DNA from: Candidatus Woykebacteria bacterium
GTDB lineage: Bacteria; Patescibacteriota; Microgenomatia; Woykebacterales; RBG-16-39-9b
Assembly (NCBI GenBank): GCA_040876345.1
Contig: JBBDPM010000006.1
Span: 70,803-134,802, forward strand
Reading direction: 5' to 3'
DNA length: 64,000 nucleotides
This document shows positions 37,533 through 46,562 of this stretch, in pieces (the stretch's first letter is position 1; every line of letters begins with the position of its first letter). The notes below the pieces were generated by a model that had not been told where the DNA came from, did not search any database, and saw nothing but the letters and a program-made list of their open reading frames with translations. The position numbers and the translations under genes are program-made.

Positions 37533-38117
37533 ATGGTTGAATATTTAAGTACACTCGGTGCAAAAGCTGCAACATCAAATAGAAGGTCCTTAAGGATACC
37601 AGCCTTCGTGAAAAAATTAAGAATTCCAATCATTATCTTTATCTTCCTCATTGTCTTAACCACCTTAGCTCTCTGGGCCCAATCAGGAATTAGTAGCAAA
37701 CCAGAGGCCAAAATAAACCAAGAATTCTCAATCCAAGCAAGAACTAAAGATAAGTTAAGAGTAAGAGATGCAACCCTAGCTATAAACTTAGTAGATGCTC
37801 AAGAAGCCGACAACTTATTGGTCCAGGGCAAAAGGGCAAGAACCAGAGACGGTAAAACTTTCCTTATTATAAATATGGAAGTAGAAAATTCCTACTCAGT
37901 CCCTTTATACACTTTTCCAGTTGATCTAATGAGGCTCGTTAGAGAAGATGGTAAAAAAGTTGCTCCAAGTGTTCACCAGGGGACAGTTGAAGTACGCCCA
38001 ATATCAACCAAGAAAAGCAATGTCGGGTTTGTCGTTGATCCAAGTGAAAAGAATTTCAAGATTGAATTTGGTGAACTAAACGATGAAAAGAAAATTTTAG
38101 ATATTTCTTTTAAATAG
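37533..38117 (+). CDS. DUF4352-like membrane-anchored protein
   Basis: N-terminal TM; ...RTRDGKTFLIINMEVENSYSVPLYTFPVDLMRLVREDGKKV resembles DUF4352 beta-sandwich domain; ATG 37533 preferred over TTG 37518. Confidence 0.5.
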   Translation: MVEYLSTLGAKAATSNRRSLRIPAFVKKLRIPIIIFIFLIVLTTLALWAQSGISSKPEAKINQEFSIQARTKDKLRVRDATLAINLVDAQEADNLLVQGKRARTRDGKTFLIINMEVENSYSVPLYTFPVDLMRLVREDGKKVAPSVHQGTVEVRPISTKKSNVGFVVDPSEKNFKIEFGELNDEKKILDISFK

Positions 38118-38120
38118 CTT

Positions 38121-38342
38121 ATGGTTGACGAATACTCAACGGACGAAATAAGCGAAGCATTAATAGCTACCATTAAAGAATCCTTGAACGGTAAGCAGTA
38201 CGGATCGGTCGAAATTTACATCGAGGGAGGGCGGGTGGCCCAAATTACTGAACGGGTAATAAAGAAAACGGCTAAACTTAACGAGACTCAAGACAAAAAA
38301 AGTGAAGTTGTTTATTGGAGACCGATAAAAAATCGTAAATGA
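38121..38342 (+). CDS. DUF2292 (YezD-like) small protein
   Basis: YGSVEIYIEGGRVAQITERVIKK matches YezD family core. Confidence 0.55.
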   Translation: MVDEYSTDEISEALIATIKESLNGKQYGSVEIYIEGGRVAQITERVIKKTAKLNETQDKKSEVVYWRPIKNRK

Positions 38343-38366
38343 CGCGTGTTAAAGTTAGATAGGGGA

Positions 38367-38396
38367 TTGACAAAGAATTTGAGGCTGACTTATAAT
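38367..38396 (+). promoter_or_regulatory. sigma70 promoter TTGACA-18-TATAAT
   Basis: TTGACA 38367-38372, TATAAT 38391-38396; 188 nt upstream of ATG 38585. Confidence 0.45.
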
Positions 38397-38584
38397 CATT
38401 AAGAAAGTAATATTCCTTGCCCAAGTAAAAACAAAATAATTTTGAGAGCCTACCTCCTGCCACATTAGGCTCTCAGGCCGACCGCAAACGGAGGCAGCTC
38501 TTCAAAAATGAAGTGGCTGCCTTTTTTGGTGTTAAAGATAATTTTTAAATTGATTTCTAATTAAACTCGAAAGGGGGTGAAAAA

Positions 38585-39685
38585 ATGGACAAGCAAAAAC
38601 TACTTTACGGTACAGCTAGTGCTTTTGCAGCACTTGCTTTCTCACTTACACCAGCCATCGCGACGGAGGCTTCGAACAGCCAAACTGGTCAAGACTCTGA
38701 CAACGATGCAACTGTTAATGTCTCCAACGACGTAGACATATTGCAGGAGAACGACTTAGACGTCGACAACAATATTAATATCTACGTTGGAACTGGAGGC
38801 AACAGCGCTGACAAGAACACTGGTGACGGTTCTGTCAAAACAGGAGATGCAAAGAGCTCTGTGAGTTTGAAAACCATGGGGAACAAGAACTCACTTTCCG
38901 TCAGCATGTCTGACAACGGCGGATCTTCTGCTTCTAACGACAACACTGGTCAAGACTCTGACAACGATGCCGATGTAGATCTTGATAATGATTTTGATTT
39001 GACTCAAAAGAATGACGCTGATGTCGACAATGATGTTGACGTAGACGTTGACACAGGAGACAACAGCGCTGACAAGAACACTGGTGACGGTTCTGTTTCC
39101 ACTGGAGACGCAACCGCTTCTGTTTCAATTGAGACTATACTCAATGAAAACGAAGCTGAAGTCGATCTTGGAAACGGCGGTGATGCATCTGCTTCCAACA
39201 GTCACACTGGTCAAGACTCTGACAACGCTGCAAGTGTAGACGTTGACAACGACGTAGATATCTTGCAAGACAACGATCTTGATGTCGACAATGATGTTGA
39301 CGTAGACGTTGACACAGGAGACAACAGCGCTGACAAGAACACTGGTGACGGCAATGTTGACACCGGAGATGCTGAAGTCGATGTAGAAGTTTCTACTAGT
39401 GGCAACAGCAACTCTGCTGATGTTAATGTTCCATCAGATTCTGATGTTGCGGTAGAAAACGACAACACTGGTCAAGACTCTGACAACGATGCAAGTGTAG
39501 ACGTTGACAACGACGTAGATATTTCTCAAGAGAATGATTCTGACGTTGACAACGATGGTGATGTTGACGCCGACACAGGCGACAGCAGTTCCGATAAAAA
39601 CACTGGTGATGGTGATGTCGAAAGTGGTGGCTCAGACGTTGACGTTGAGGTATCAACCGATCTTAACAACAACGAGCTGAACTAA
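38585..39685 (+). CDS. secreted Asn/Asp-rich tandem-repeat protein (4 x 87 aa)
   Basis: SD AAGGGGGTGA; signal peptide; four 261-nt repeats (ACTGGTCAAGACTCTGA recurs at 38684, 38945, 39206, 39467), each with ...TGQDSDND...TGDNSADKNTGDGSVxTGDA. Confidence 0.7.
   Translation: MDKQKLLYGTASAFAALAFSLTPAIATEASNSQTGQDSDNDATVNVSNDVDILQENDLDVDNNINIYVGTGGNSADKNTGDGSVKTGDAKSSVSLKTMGNKNSLSVSMSDNGGSSASNDNTGQDSDNDADVDLDNDFDLTQKNDADVDNDVDVDVDTGDNSADKNTGDGSVSTGDATASVSIETILNENEAEVDLGNGGDASASNSHTGQDSDNAASVDVDNDVDILQDNDLDVDNDVDVDVDTGDNSADKNTGDGNVDTGDAEVDVEVSTSGNSNSADVNVPSDSDVAVENDNTGQDSDNDASVDVDNDVDISQENDSDVDNDGDVDADTGDSSSDKNTGDGDVESGGSDVDVEVSTDLNNNELN
38675..39685 (+). repeat. coding tandem repeat, 4 copies, period 261 nt
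   Basis: exact 261-nt spacing of conserved 17-mers. Confidence 0.8.
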
Positions 39686-39823
39686 CACCGGTACTTATCT
39701 CGGGCTCCCTCGTCCCGACTCACTTGGGACAGGGACCCGGATAAGTGAAATTTAAAAACCAAATAAAATTGCAGACAGACAAGAGTCCAAGTAAATTCTT
39801 GCCTGTCTACAAAAAATAAAAAT

Positions 39824-41890
39824 ATGATTAAAAAAATCTTTTCAAAAAACTTAATAATTTTATTAGCAGTTTTTGCAATTATTCTTTATCCACTATTAAC
39901 TTCTAATCAGGCAGTTTTCGCTGCTCCTGAAACACCTCAGACACCAGACTTACCATCAACTGCGACTCAGAATCCAGGCGACCAGATCATCCAAAACCCA
40001 AATATTGAAGAGCCCCAACCTCAAACTCCAGAGGTCAGCCCAGAAGAAGCCGAGAGGCAACGTCAAAGAGAAGAAAGGCGGGCAGCAAGAAGGCTTGCCA
40101 GAGAACAAGCAGCGCTAGCTGCGATAAATAGCCAGCCTTCCCAAGAACCAAGTGTTGGCTCTCCAAACCCGGCCGTAACAAATATTGGAACAGCTGAAAA
40201 CTCAGGCGAGGAAGTCAGCTTGGAAACGCTTTCCGCCGCCAATTCTGACACTGGATCTGACTCCGAGAACAATGCAAATTCTAACCTAGAAAATAATTTG
40301 GGGACCGAGATCAACAACGACTTAAATGTTGATAACGGCGCGTATATAAATGTCGACTCCGGTCACAACGGTGCTGACAAAAATACCGGGGACGGGGAAG
40401 TTGTCTCTGGTGATGCCGATCTCATGCTTACCGCCCTGAACGTTGGCAACAACGTTGGTGTTGGTACCCAGGTATTTAACATCTTTGATGATCAAACAGG
40501 AGACGTAATACTCGATTTTGACGATGTAACTCCAGTTTCTCTTGGAACTCTCTGCAGCGACTCAACTAGTGCTAATCAAACAACCGGGTCTTATTCTGAA
40601 AATGATGCCAGCACCACTTGCACCAGCAACAATACAATATTAGTAGATAACAACGGTAACATCGTTAACGATTATTATTTAAGCGCTGACACTGGCCACA
40701 ATAGCGCTAGCAAAAACACGGGGGATGGATCAGTTACCACGGGTGATGCCAATGTTGTTCTAAACGTAATTAATTTCTTTAATAACACTTTTCTGGGAGG
40801 AGCCGGTGAACTCTTACTTGGAATTGTAAATGTTTTCGGAAACCTTTCCGGTGATATTGTCCTTAATATGCCCAGTTCCGGGGATGAATTCTTTGTCGCT
40901 GGCACGGATGGCAACGCAGCTAATTCTACAACCGGGTCTTACTCGGATAATAACGCTGGCACTAACACAACAAATAATACTAATGTTTCTTTAACAAACA
41001 GCGCCGATATATTAAACAACCTTATGCTTTTTGGTGACACTGGCGGAAATGATGCCTCGAAAAACACTGGTTCAGGATCGGTATTGACCGGGGGCGTAAA
41101 TGCAAATCTTAACGTCACAAACATTAGTAACACAAACGCCGTCGGGGATGCAGGTACTCTTTGGCTTGTGCTGGTAAACAATCTAGGTGAGTGGACAGGC
41201 CAAATATGGGGCTTTGACAGCACCGGCACAGCATCTCCCTTCTTCACATTTTCGATCGGGGAAGATGGCTCATTCAACGCGGGCACCGGTGAAGACTCTA
41301 CCAATAATGCCTCCACCTCAACAACCAACAATACAGGCATCGATGTAAATAATAGGGCGAATCTGACCAACAATGTCTACATAAACGCGAACACCGGCGG
41401 AAATAGCGCTTCAATGAACACAGGCTCCGGAATAATAAAATCAGGGGACGTAAATGTAGCCGCAAACATTATGAACATTCTAAACAACAACTTCGTCGCT
41501 TCGCGATTTGTAATTACGATTGTCAATGTGTTTGGCAGCTTCTTCGGGGACGTTTTCCCAGGTGGGGAAGAACAAAAGGCGGATGTTGAGGCCAATGAGG
41601 ACACTTCGGTTGCAACCGGGCCAGGAAAAACTGTTGTAGCTAGCAATAATAATCAAGGAACAGGGTTTGGTGGCTCTAAATCAAACATCTCTGCCAACAA
41701 CGACAACCAAGGATCGGCTCTATCCACAAACATTTTAGGGCCCGATGAAAGTAGAGTAGAAGGTATAACAAAAGTAATCGGAAAAGACAGTAAGAACATA
41801 ACCGACTATTGGTGGATTGCTATCCCATTATTATTAATAGCCGCCGGTACTGCCGCCGCAAAAAGGAGGCAACTATGGAAGGCAGGCTAA
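39824..41890 (+). CDS. large secreted repeat protein (Pro-rich and coiled N-region, 4-5 longer repeats with TGxN(S/D)ASKNTG(D/S)G core, C-terminal TM + KRR)
   Basis: 688 aa; signal/TM at N-terminus; repeats ADTGHNSASKNTGDGSVTTGDANVVLNV...; C-terminal WWIAIPLLLIAAGTAAAKRR. Confidence 0.7.
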   Translation: MIKKIFSKNLIILLAVFAIILYPLLTSNQAVFAAPETPQTPDLPSTATQNPGDQIIQNPNIEEPQPQTPEVSPEEAERQRQREERRAARRLAREQAALAAINSQPSQEPSVGSPNPAVTNIGTAENSGEEVSLETLSAANSDTGSDSENNANSNLENNLGTEINNDLNVDNGAYINVDSGHNGADKNTGDGEVVSGDADLMLTALNVGNNVGVGTQVFNIFDDQTGDVILDFDDVTPVSLGTLCSDSTSANQTTGSYSENDASTTCTSNNTILVDNNGNIVNDYYLSADTGHNSASKNTGDGSVTTGDANVVLNVINFFNNTFLGGAGELLLGIVNVFGNLSGDIVLNMPSSGDEFFVAGTDGNAANSTTGSYSDNNAGTNTTNNTNVSLTNSADILNNLMLFGDTGGNDASKNTGSGSVLTGGVNANLNVTNISNTNAVGDAGTLWLVLVNNLGEWTGQIWGFDSTGTASPFFTFSIGEDGSFNAGTGEDSTNNASTSTTNNTGIDVNNRANLTNNVYINANTGGNSASMNTGSGIIKSGDVNVAANIMNILNNNFVASRFVITIVNVFGSFFGDVFPGGEEQKADVEANEDTSVATGPGKTVVASNNNQGTGFGGSKSNISANNDNQGSALSTNILGPDESRVEGITKVIGKDSKNITDYWWIAIPLLLIAAGTAAAKRRQLWKAG

Positions 41891-42708
41891 AAAAGCTTAC
41901 CTTTAAAATTTCTTTAACAACTGCCGCTTTCGGAGCATCGCTTTTAATTGCTCCCGGAGCACTTGCTCAAACTGCCCAAAACCAAAGTACTGGAGCAGAC
42001 TCTAGTAATACCGCGGAGGTTAAGGTTGAAAATGATTTAAATGTGTCTTCAAATAACACTGCTAATATCAACAATAACCTTAAGATAAGCGCTAACACTG
42101 GTGGGAACAGCGCTTCGAAGAACACTGGAGACGGAACTGTTAAGACAGGCGACATAACCGGCCGTGTTAGCATTGTAAATGATGTTAACTCTAACAGTCT
42201 AAACGATTCGAACTTTGACTGCAGCAGTCTTTGCACGGTGAGTTGGGACATCAAAGCTTCAAACTCCCACACGGGTGCAGATTCTGAAAACAGCGCCACT
42301 GTGAACGTTGAGAACGATGTCGATATAACTCAGAATAACGACCTGGATATCGACAACAACTTAGACGCCGATCTTAACACGGGCGACAACGAAGCCGATA
42401 AAAACACTGGCGACGGCAGCGTGAAATCAGGCGATATAGACTTTGATGTCAGTATCGTAAACGAAGGGAATAACAACAGTATTGGTGGGCCGGTGGAAGA
42501 TCCAAAATCTCCACCACCAGCAGGACCAAAGACTCCAACACCTGGCAAGCCTTCCGAAAAAGGCAGGGTATTGGCAGCAACCAAAGGTCTACCCGTAACC
42601 GGTGGTAACCTACCAGTAGTGCCCGCTTTAGCTCTAATTTTGGCCGGACTCTTTTTAAGAAGGATGGAAGAAGTCTTAAGAGGCCGATTTCTTACCGAGA
42701 AAAGCTAA
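41875..42708 (+). CDS. LPXTG-anchored repeat surface protein (2 repeats, PT-rich stalk, LPVTG)
   Basis: SD AAGGAGG 41863-41869; signal peptide; ...NTGDNEADKNTGDGSVKSGD...; PPPAGPKTPTPGKP; LPVTGG + hydrophobic segment + RR. Confidence 0.7.
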   Translation: MEGRLKKLTFKISLTTAAFGASLLIAPGALAQTAQNQSTGADSSNTAEVKVENDLNVSSNNTANINNNLKISANTGGNSASKNTGDGTVKTGDITGRVSIVNDVNSNSLNDSNFDCSSLCTVSWDIKASNSHTGADSENSATVNVENDVDITQNNDLDIDNNLDADLNTGDNEADKNTGDGSVKSGDIDFDVSIVNEGNNNSIGGPVEDPKSPPPAGPKTPTPGKPSEKGRVLAATKGLPVTGGNLPVVPALALILAGLFLRRMEEVLRGRFLTEKS

Positions 42709-42732
42709 GATTTGATTCAACTCTTTAGTGAA

Positions 42733-42765
42733 AAGACCTCCGAGAACTCGGGGGTCTTTTCTTTA
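42733..42765 (+). terminator. rho-independent terminator after surface-protein cluster
   Basis: AGACCTCCGAG-AAC-TCGGGGGTCT stem followed by TTTTCTTT. Confidence 0.7.
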
Positions 42766-43096
42766 TCTGCCCCAATAGTTTGTATTCAGCTTCAATTTCT
42801 GCTAGAATATACAAGCTTTTGCCAGACCTTAAAGACAGCGAGGTAGTTGAAGGGGAGGGAGAACCTATGAAACCCAACAGATCCCTAATCAGGGTAAAGA
42901 ACCCCTGGAGATTGTTGACAGCTGAGATCACAGCTGTCTACCTGTCCCTAGTTCAAAGGAAAAGAATTGATTGAAATAGTAAAGAGGCCTTTTGGGGATG
43001 TTCTCAACATGGTGTTAAACGGAGAAATCACCCACACCGGAAGTGTAGTTTCAATTCTGAAAATTGCCCGCCTTAAAGGTTTATAGAACCTTTTGA

Positions 43097-43540
43097 TTAG
43101 ACCCAAGCACCTATAATTGCTCCCATAACGACAAATTCGATTAAGTGGCTTCCAACATTCAAGAGATAAAGATTCTTTGGCTTATCTTCAAAAGATGCGT
43201 GAACAAGCAATGTTGTTGCTACAAACCCTAGCCAAACCCAAAAACCAACAACTGCTCCTTCTTGCCAAGTACTAGCCTGTGCATAACTTGATATATAGGC
43301 AAGAACATAGGCAGTTACAAGAGCGGAGACGGCAGCAATAACCATTGCCTGGACAGCTCCTTTTCTCACACTCTCTTCTGTTTTTCCAACCAATTGTCTC
43401 CAAGTTTTACCAAAAAGTGGCCCATACCAAACAGAGCCAGTAACCATGCTAACAATAGCAGCTACAAGTATTGCAAGATAATTTACATCGACCGCTAGCA
43501 CATTTATCACCTCCTTTTTAACCCTCTCTAGATTTGACAA
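43097..43540 (-). CDS. DUF1761-like small membrane protein
   Basis: 147 aa, 4 TM. Confidence 0.4.
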   Translation of the reverse strand: MSNLERVKKEVINVLAVDVNYLAILVAAIVSMVTGSVWYGPLFGKTWRQLVGKTEESVRKGAVQAMVIAAVSALVTAYVLAYISSYAQASTWQEGAVVGFWVWLGFVATTLLVHASFEDKPKNLYLLNVGSHLIEFVVMGAIIGAWV

Positions 43541-43741
43541 AAAGAGGGTTTAACTTTATACGCAACCATATTAAATCCTGGGTAAAGAATACGCAACCAT
43601 CAGTTTTTACTTAAATTCTGAAAAATATTAATATAAATTTGACTCCGTTTGGTAGAATTAACTAACGCTACGAAGTCGCTGATGGTCTCAGTGCAAAAAC
43701 GACGGAGATAGGAGTTCTGCGATGAGAGAGCCGCCCCGCAA

Positions 43742-43873
43742 AGAAGGTGCGACTATGGGGGAGTTCAAGACGATTCTCATCCTCGTAGTAGTCGCAATCG
43801 GACTAAGCACAGCAGTCTGCTTTCGGGCCCAAATCTTCGGCTTGCTCTTCTAGTATCTTGTGTCCGAACTTAA
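43742..43873 (+). CDS. small hydrophobic peptide (43 aa) in GC-rich patch
   Basis: SD-like TAGGAG 7 nt upstream; MREPPRKEGATMGEFKTILILVVVAIGLSTAVCFRAQIFGLLF. Confidence 0.25.
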   Translation, partial: RRCDYGGVQDDSHPRSSRNRTKHSSLLSGPNLRLALLVSCVRT

Positions 43874-44590
43874 GACGCCAGGCTGGCAAACCTTGGTATC
43901 CAAGAGAGGCCAGCTTTCTCACTTATAAATCCTTTATTTGTGAACCTAAAAGTGCCATTTTTGCTTGATATATCAGCCATTTATAGTCCTATAGCGCTTA
44001 CTTGACAAGAGGGCCAGGGAGGTGGCAGTTTAGTGTATAAACTGCTATTATTGACTGCCATATCAGCCTTTTTGGGGTTTTTATGGAAAGGAATTTCCGG
44101 GGAATTTTTACAAAACGAATAAAAATAGAGTACGGGGCAACTTAGAGGAGAAAATAAATGATCTATAGAGCGAAGAAGAAAGGAGAAAAACAAATACTTT
44201 GCCCGGCAGGGAGGCTGGCGTGACGTCGCATAACCATCATTGTGCGACGTAACATTAAATCAAGGCTAGGGCTCTAAAAGACCAGTGCGTACACTTCTAG
44301 AGTGGTGCGGAAAAATAAGGGGCAAAACTTTTTTTCTAAACTTTTTCTCCACTACTAAGTAACCATCTACATTATTAAAACGTCTTCTAGGGCATTATAG
44401 CGCCTTGCCCCAAGGTTACAAATCGGTCCTTATAAATCCCATCTACATTCCTAAACCCAAGTTCCTGAATAATTCCAATTTTGCTTGATATAACATTCAA
44501 TAATTTACCTTTTAGGTTCAATTTTGGTTAGGTTTTTTTTCTATATAAACCTAGAGAGAGAGAGGTAGCACTCTACCTCGGAGTGCGCAA

Positions 44591-44618
44591 AGACCGAAAG
44601 TCTTTCGGGTTTTTTTTG
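44591..44618 (+). terminator. rho-independent terminator inside 1.3-kb non-coding region
   Basis: CCGAAAG-T-CTTTCGG stem then G-TTTTTTTT; preceded by second hairpin GCACTC-TACCTCG-GAGTGC. Confidence 0.5.
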
Positions 44619-44877
44619 ATTGGACCCTAATTTAGCAGACGGTACTACACCCTATAGTTTTGGACTTTCCACACGTGGAAATACTGTATCAAACTATATC
44701 AACAAACTTTGTTTCTCATATCAAAATCCCCTGAAAAGGGGACTTTGCTACTACACTTCTCTACCCTAGCTGGTTGGTTGCCAAATTTTTTTGAGCCTTG
44801 ATAATTAGTTTACTAAAATCAACTTGACTGCAGAGTAATCGTTATTCTATTTTAAATAGTACAGTTTTAATTACTTA

Positions 44878-45651
44878 CTACCCTCTCCAACTAGTCGTTA
44901 CCAAAAGAAAAACCATCACCGCTACTCCAACGAAAATATACTCAAGCACCGTTGACTTTTTTAAATCTTTTTTTACATCATGCTGCAAGATTCCGAGCAA
45001 AACGTAAACTGCGGCCGTCAGGGCAAGACCAACCTTGGCTGGGTTTAGGGGCCAGAAGGAAAAGGCTAACGCAATCTCTCCGAGAACTAAACCTAAAACA
45101 AAAGACGAAATAGTGACGTGCGGGCTTGGGGTTTCTTCCAATTCAATTTTCCAAAGAGCTTGAGTAAAAAGCAAGATTCCGATAGTAGCCACCAAAGCTG
45201 CAAAAAGCCAAAAATCTAACCCCACACCAAAAAGCAAAGAAAAAATTGAAAATGAAACAAACAAAGTACCCAAATATGAGACTGTGTTAGCAGCTCTAAT
45301 AAGCGGAATATTACGCTCGGCCGAGACGTTAAAAATATTTTCGGAAAGAAGCAAAATATACATAACAAATCCAAAGACAACGCATAAAACAAGTCTCACC
45401 AGGTTTTCCGGTTCAAATTGGTAGACAAAACCAGCGAAGCTTGTCGTTAAAAATATTGGCAAAACAAACAGTGTTAAAAACTCAAATCCGGAAACATCTC
45501 TGAAAAGAGACCAAAGGGATAATGCATAACTTGCAGCGATTATTCCAGCCAGAAGCCAAATCCTTAAGTCTTCCGGTGCAGCTGAGGAAAAGTAAATGCT
45601 TGCGGACAGCAAAAAACTTGTGATCACAATTTTTTGCCTTTTGGTCAACAT
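44878..45651 (-). CDS. hypothetical polytopic membrane protein
   Basis: 257 aa, about 8 TM. Confidence 0.5.
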   Translation of the reverse strand: MLTKRQKIVITSFLLSASIYFSSAAPEDLRIWLLAGIIAASYALSLWSLFRDVSGFEFLTLFVLPIFLTTSFAGFVYQFEPENLVRLVLCVVFGFVMYILLLSENIFNVSAERNIPLIRAANTVSYLGTLFVSFSIFSLLFGVGLDFWLFAALVATIGILLFTQALWKIELEETPSPHVTISSFVLGLVLGEIALAFSFWPLNPAKVGLALTAAVYVLLGILQHDVKKDLKKSTVLEYIFVGVAVMVFLLVTTSWRG

Positions 45652-45663
45652 GAAGGGCTAATT

Positions 45664-46209
45664 TTATACCATGAGGTTTTGCTTTGACAAGTGGCACAGT
45701 GCGGCGGCAACGGCGTCATAAGCATCGTCTCTAAAACGATTTACCTGCTTTCCATCCTGATCGCGTGGAACTCTAATATTTGTTACACCCAACAAGCGTT
45801 TTACGGCTTTACGAACAGCATGTTTATCCGATCTACCATGATTTGCTACCTCTAGCTTAATTTCTAGACCCGTATATTCATGGAATGGGGTTTTAGTCTC
45901 GGCAGCAACTAGCATCACTACACCCCTTGCTTGCCCCACCGCCATTGCCGTTCGAGAGTTTACCCCAAAGAAAAGTTTTTCCACTACTAAACCTTGCGGT
46001 TTGTGTTTATCTAAAACCTTTTTCAACTCTCGTCTCAAAATCAGAAGTCTCTTCGGCATCTCCTCCTCCGCCTTAGTCAATATACACCCAAAATCCAATA
46101 GTCTTAATCCGTTTCCCTTGTTGTTTTTAATTTCTAGTTTTTCGCCTTTAATTTCCACCGCTCCCCACCCCGTAGTGGCAGTGCCAGGATCTATTCCAAC
46201 AATTATCAT
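45664..46209 (-). CDS. ruvC: Holliday junction resolvase RuvC
   Basis: MIIVGIDPGTATTGWGAV...; adjacent to yebC as in canonical yebC-ruvC arrangement. Confidence 0.8.
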   Translation of the reverse strand: MIIVGIDPGTATTGWGAVEIKGEKLEIKNNKGNGLRLLDFGCILTKAEEEMPKRLLILRRELKKVLDKHKPQGLVVEKLFFGVNSRTAMAVGQARGVVMLVAAETKTPFHEYTGLEIKLEVANHGRSDKHAVRKAVKRLLGVTNIRVPRDQDGKQVNRFRDDAYDAVAAALCHLSKQNLMV

Positions 46210-46250
46210 ATGAACAAAAAATGAACCTAAAAAAGGTATATTTATACCTT

Positions 46251-46562
46251 TTATACTAGGTCAAATTCCCCTTTCTTTCGCCTATTATCAATTTCTTTTA
46301 AAACTTTTGGATACTCTTCTTCTAGATCAATTTTGTAGTGGGCCGCTACAAGGAATATAGAAAAAAGAACATCACAGACGCTATCGACAAGCTCTGATTT
46401 AGACCGGTTCTTTGTTTTAAACCCCTCTGTAACTTGAATAGCATTTGCTAGTTCTCCAACTTCTTCAACCAAATCATTGAATCTTTGGTATATCTCCCAT
46501 TTTGGTGGCGGCATAGAATTGGCTACTTTTTTAGTTTCCAAAACCGCTTCGTTAAGTTTCAT
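46251..46562 (-). CDS. MazG-like nucleotide pyrophosphohydrolase domain protein
   Basis: 103 aa; EEVGELANAI... EExxE metal-binding pattern. Confidence 0.55.
   Translation of the reverse strand: MKLNEAVLETKKVANSMPPPKWEIYQRFNDLVEEVGELANAIQVTEGFKTKNRSKSELVDSVCDVLFSIFLVAAHYKIDLEEEYPKVLKEIDNRRKKGEFDLV

Noticed and set aside
38934-39656. Several 60-85-aa ORFs on both strands inside the first repeat-protein gene (38934-39128, 39004-39198, 39048-39239, 39211-39468, 39423-39656)
   Set aside because: They overlap a strongly supported repetitive CDS. The biased Asn/Asp codon repeats create long open frames in other phases. The translations are low-complexity with no signals.
38675-39685. Regularly spaced 261-nt direct repeats considered as a CRISPR-like array
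   Set aside because: The repeats are 261 nt, contiguous and in-frame within one ORF, so they are protein-coding tandem repeats. No short-repeat/unique-spacer alternation and no cas genes are present.
41875-42708. Sortase gene expected near the LPXTG substrate
   Set aside because: No ORF in the window carries a sortase TLxTC catalytic motif or fold. The sortase, if present, must lie elsewhere.
43940-44515. Short repeated motifs in the 1.3-kb non-coding region considered as CRISPR or IS terminal repeats
   Set aside because: There are only two copies each, with variable spacing (404-517 nt). There are no inverted-terminal-repeat structure and no transposase ORF.
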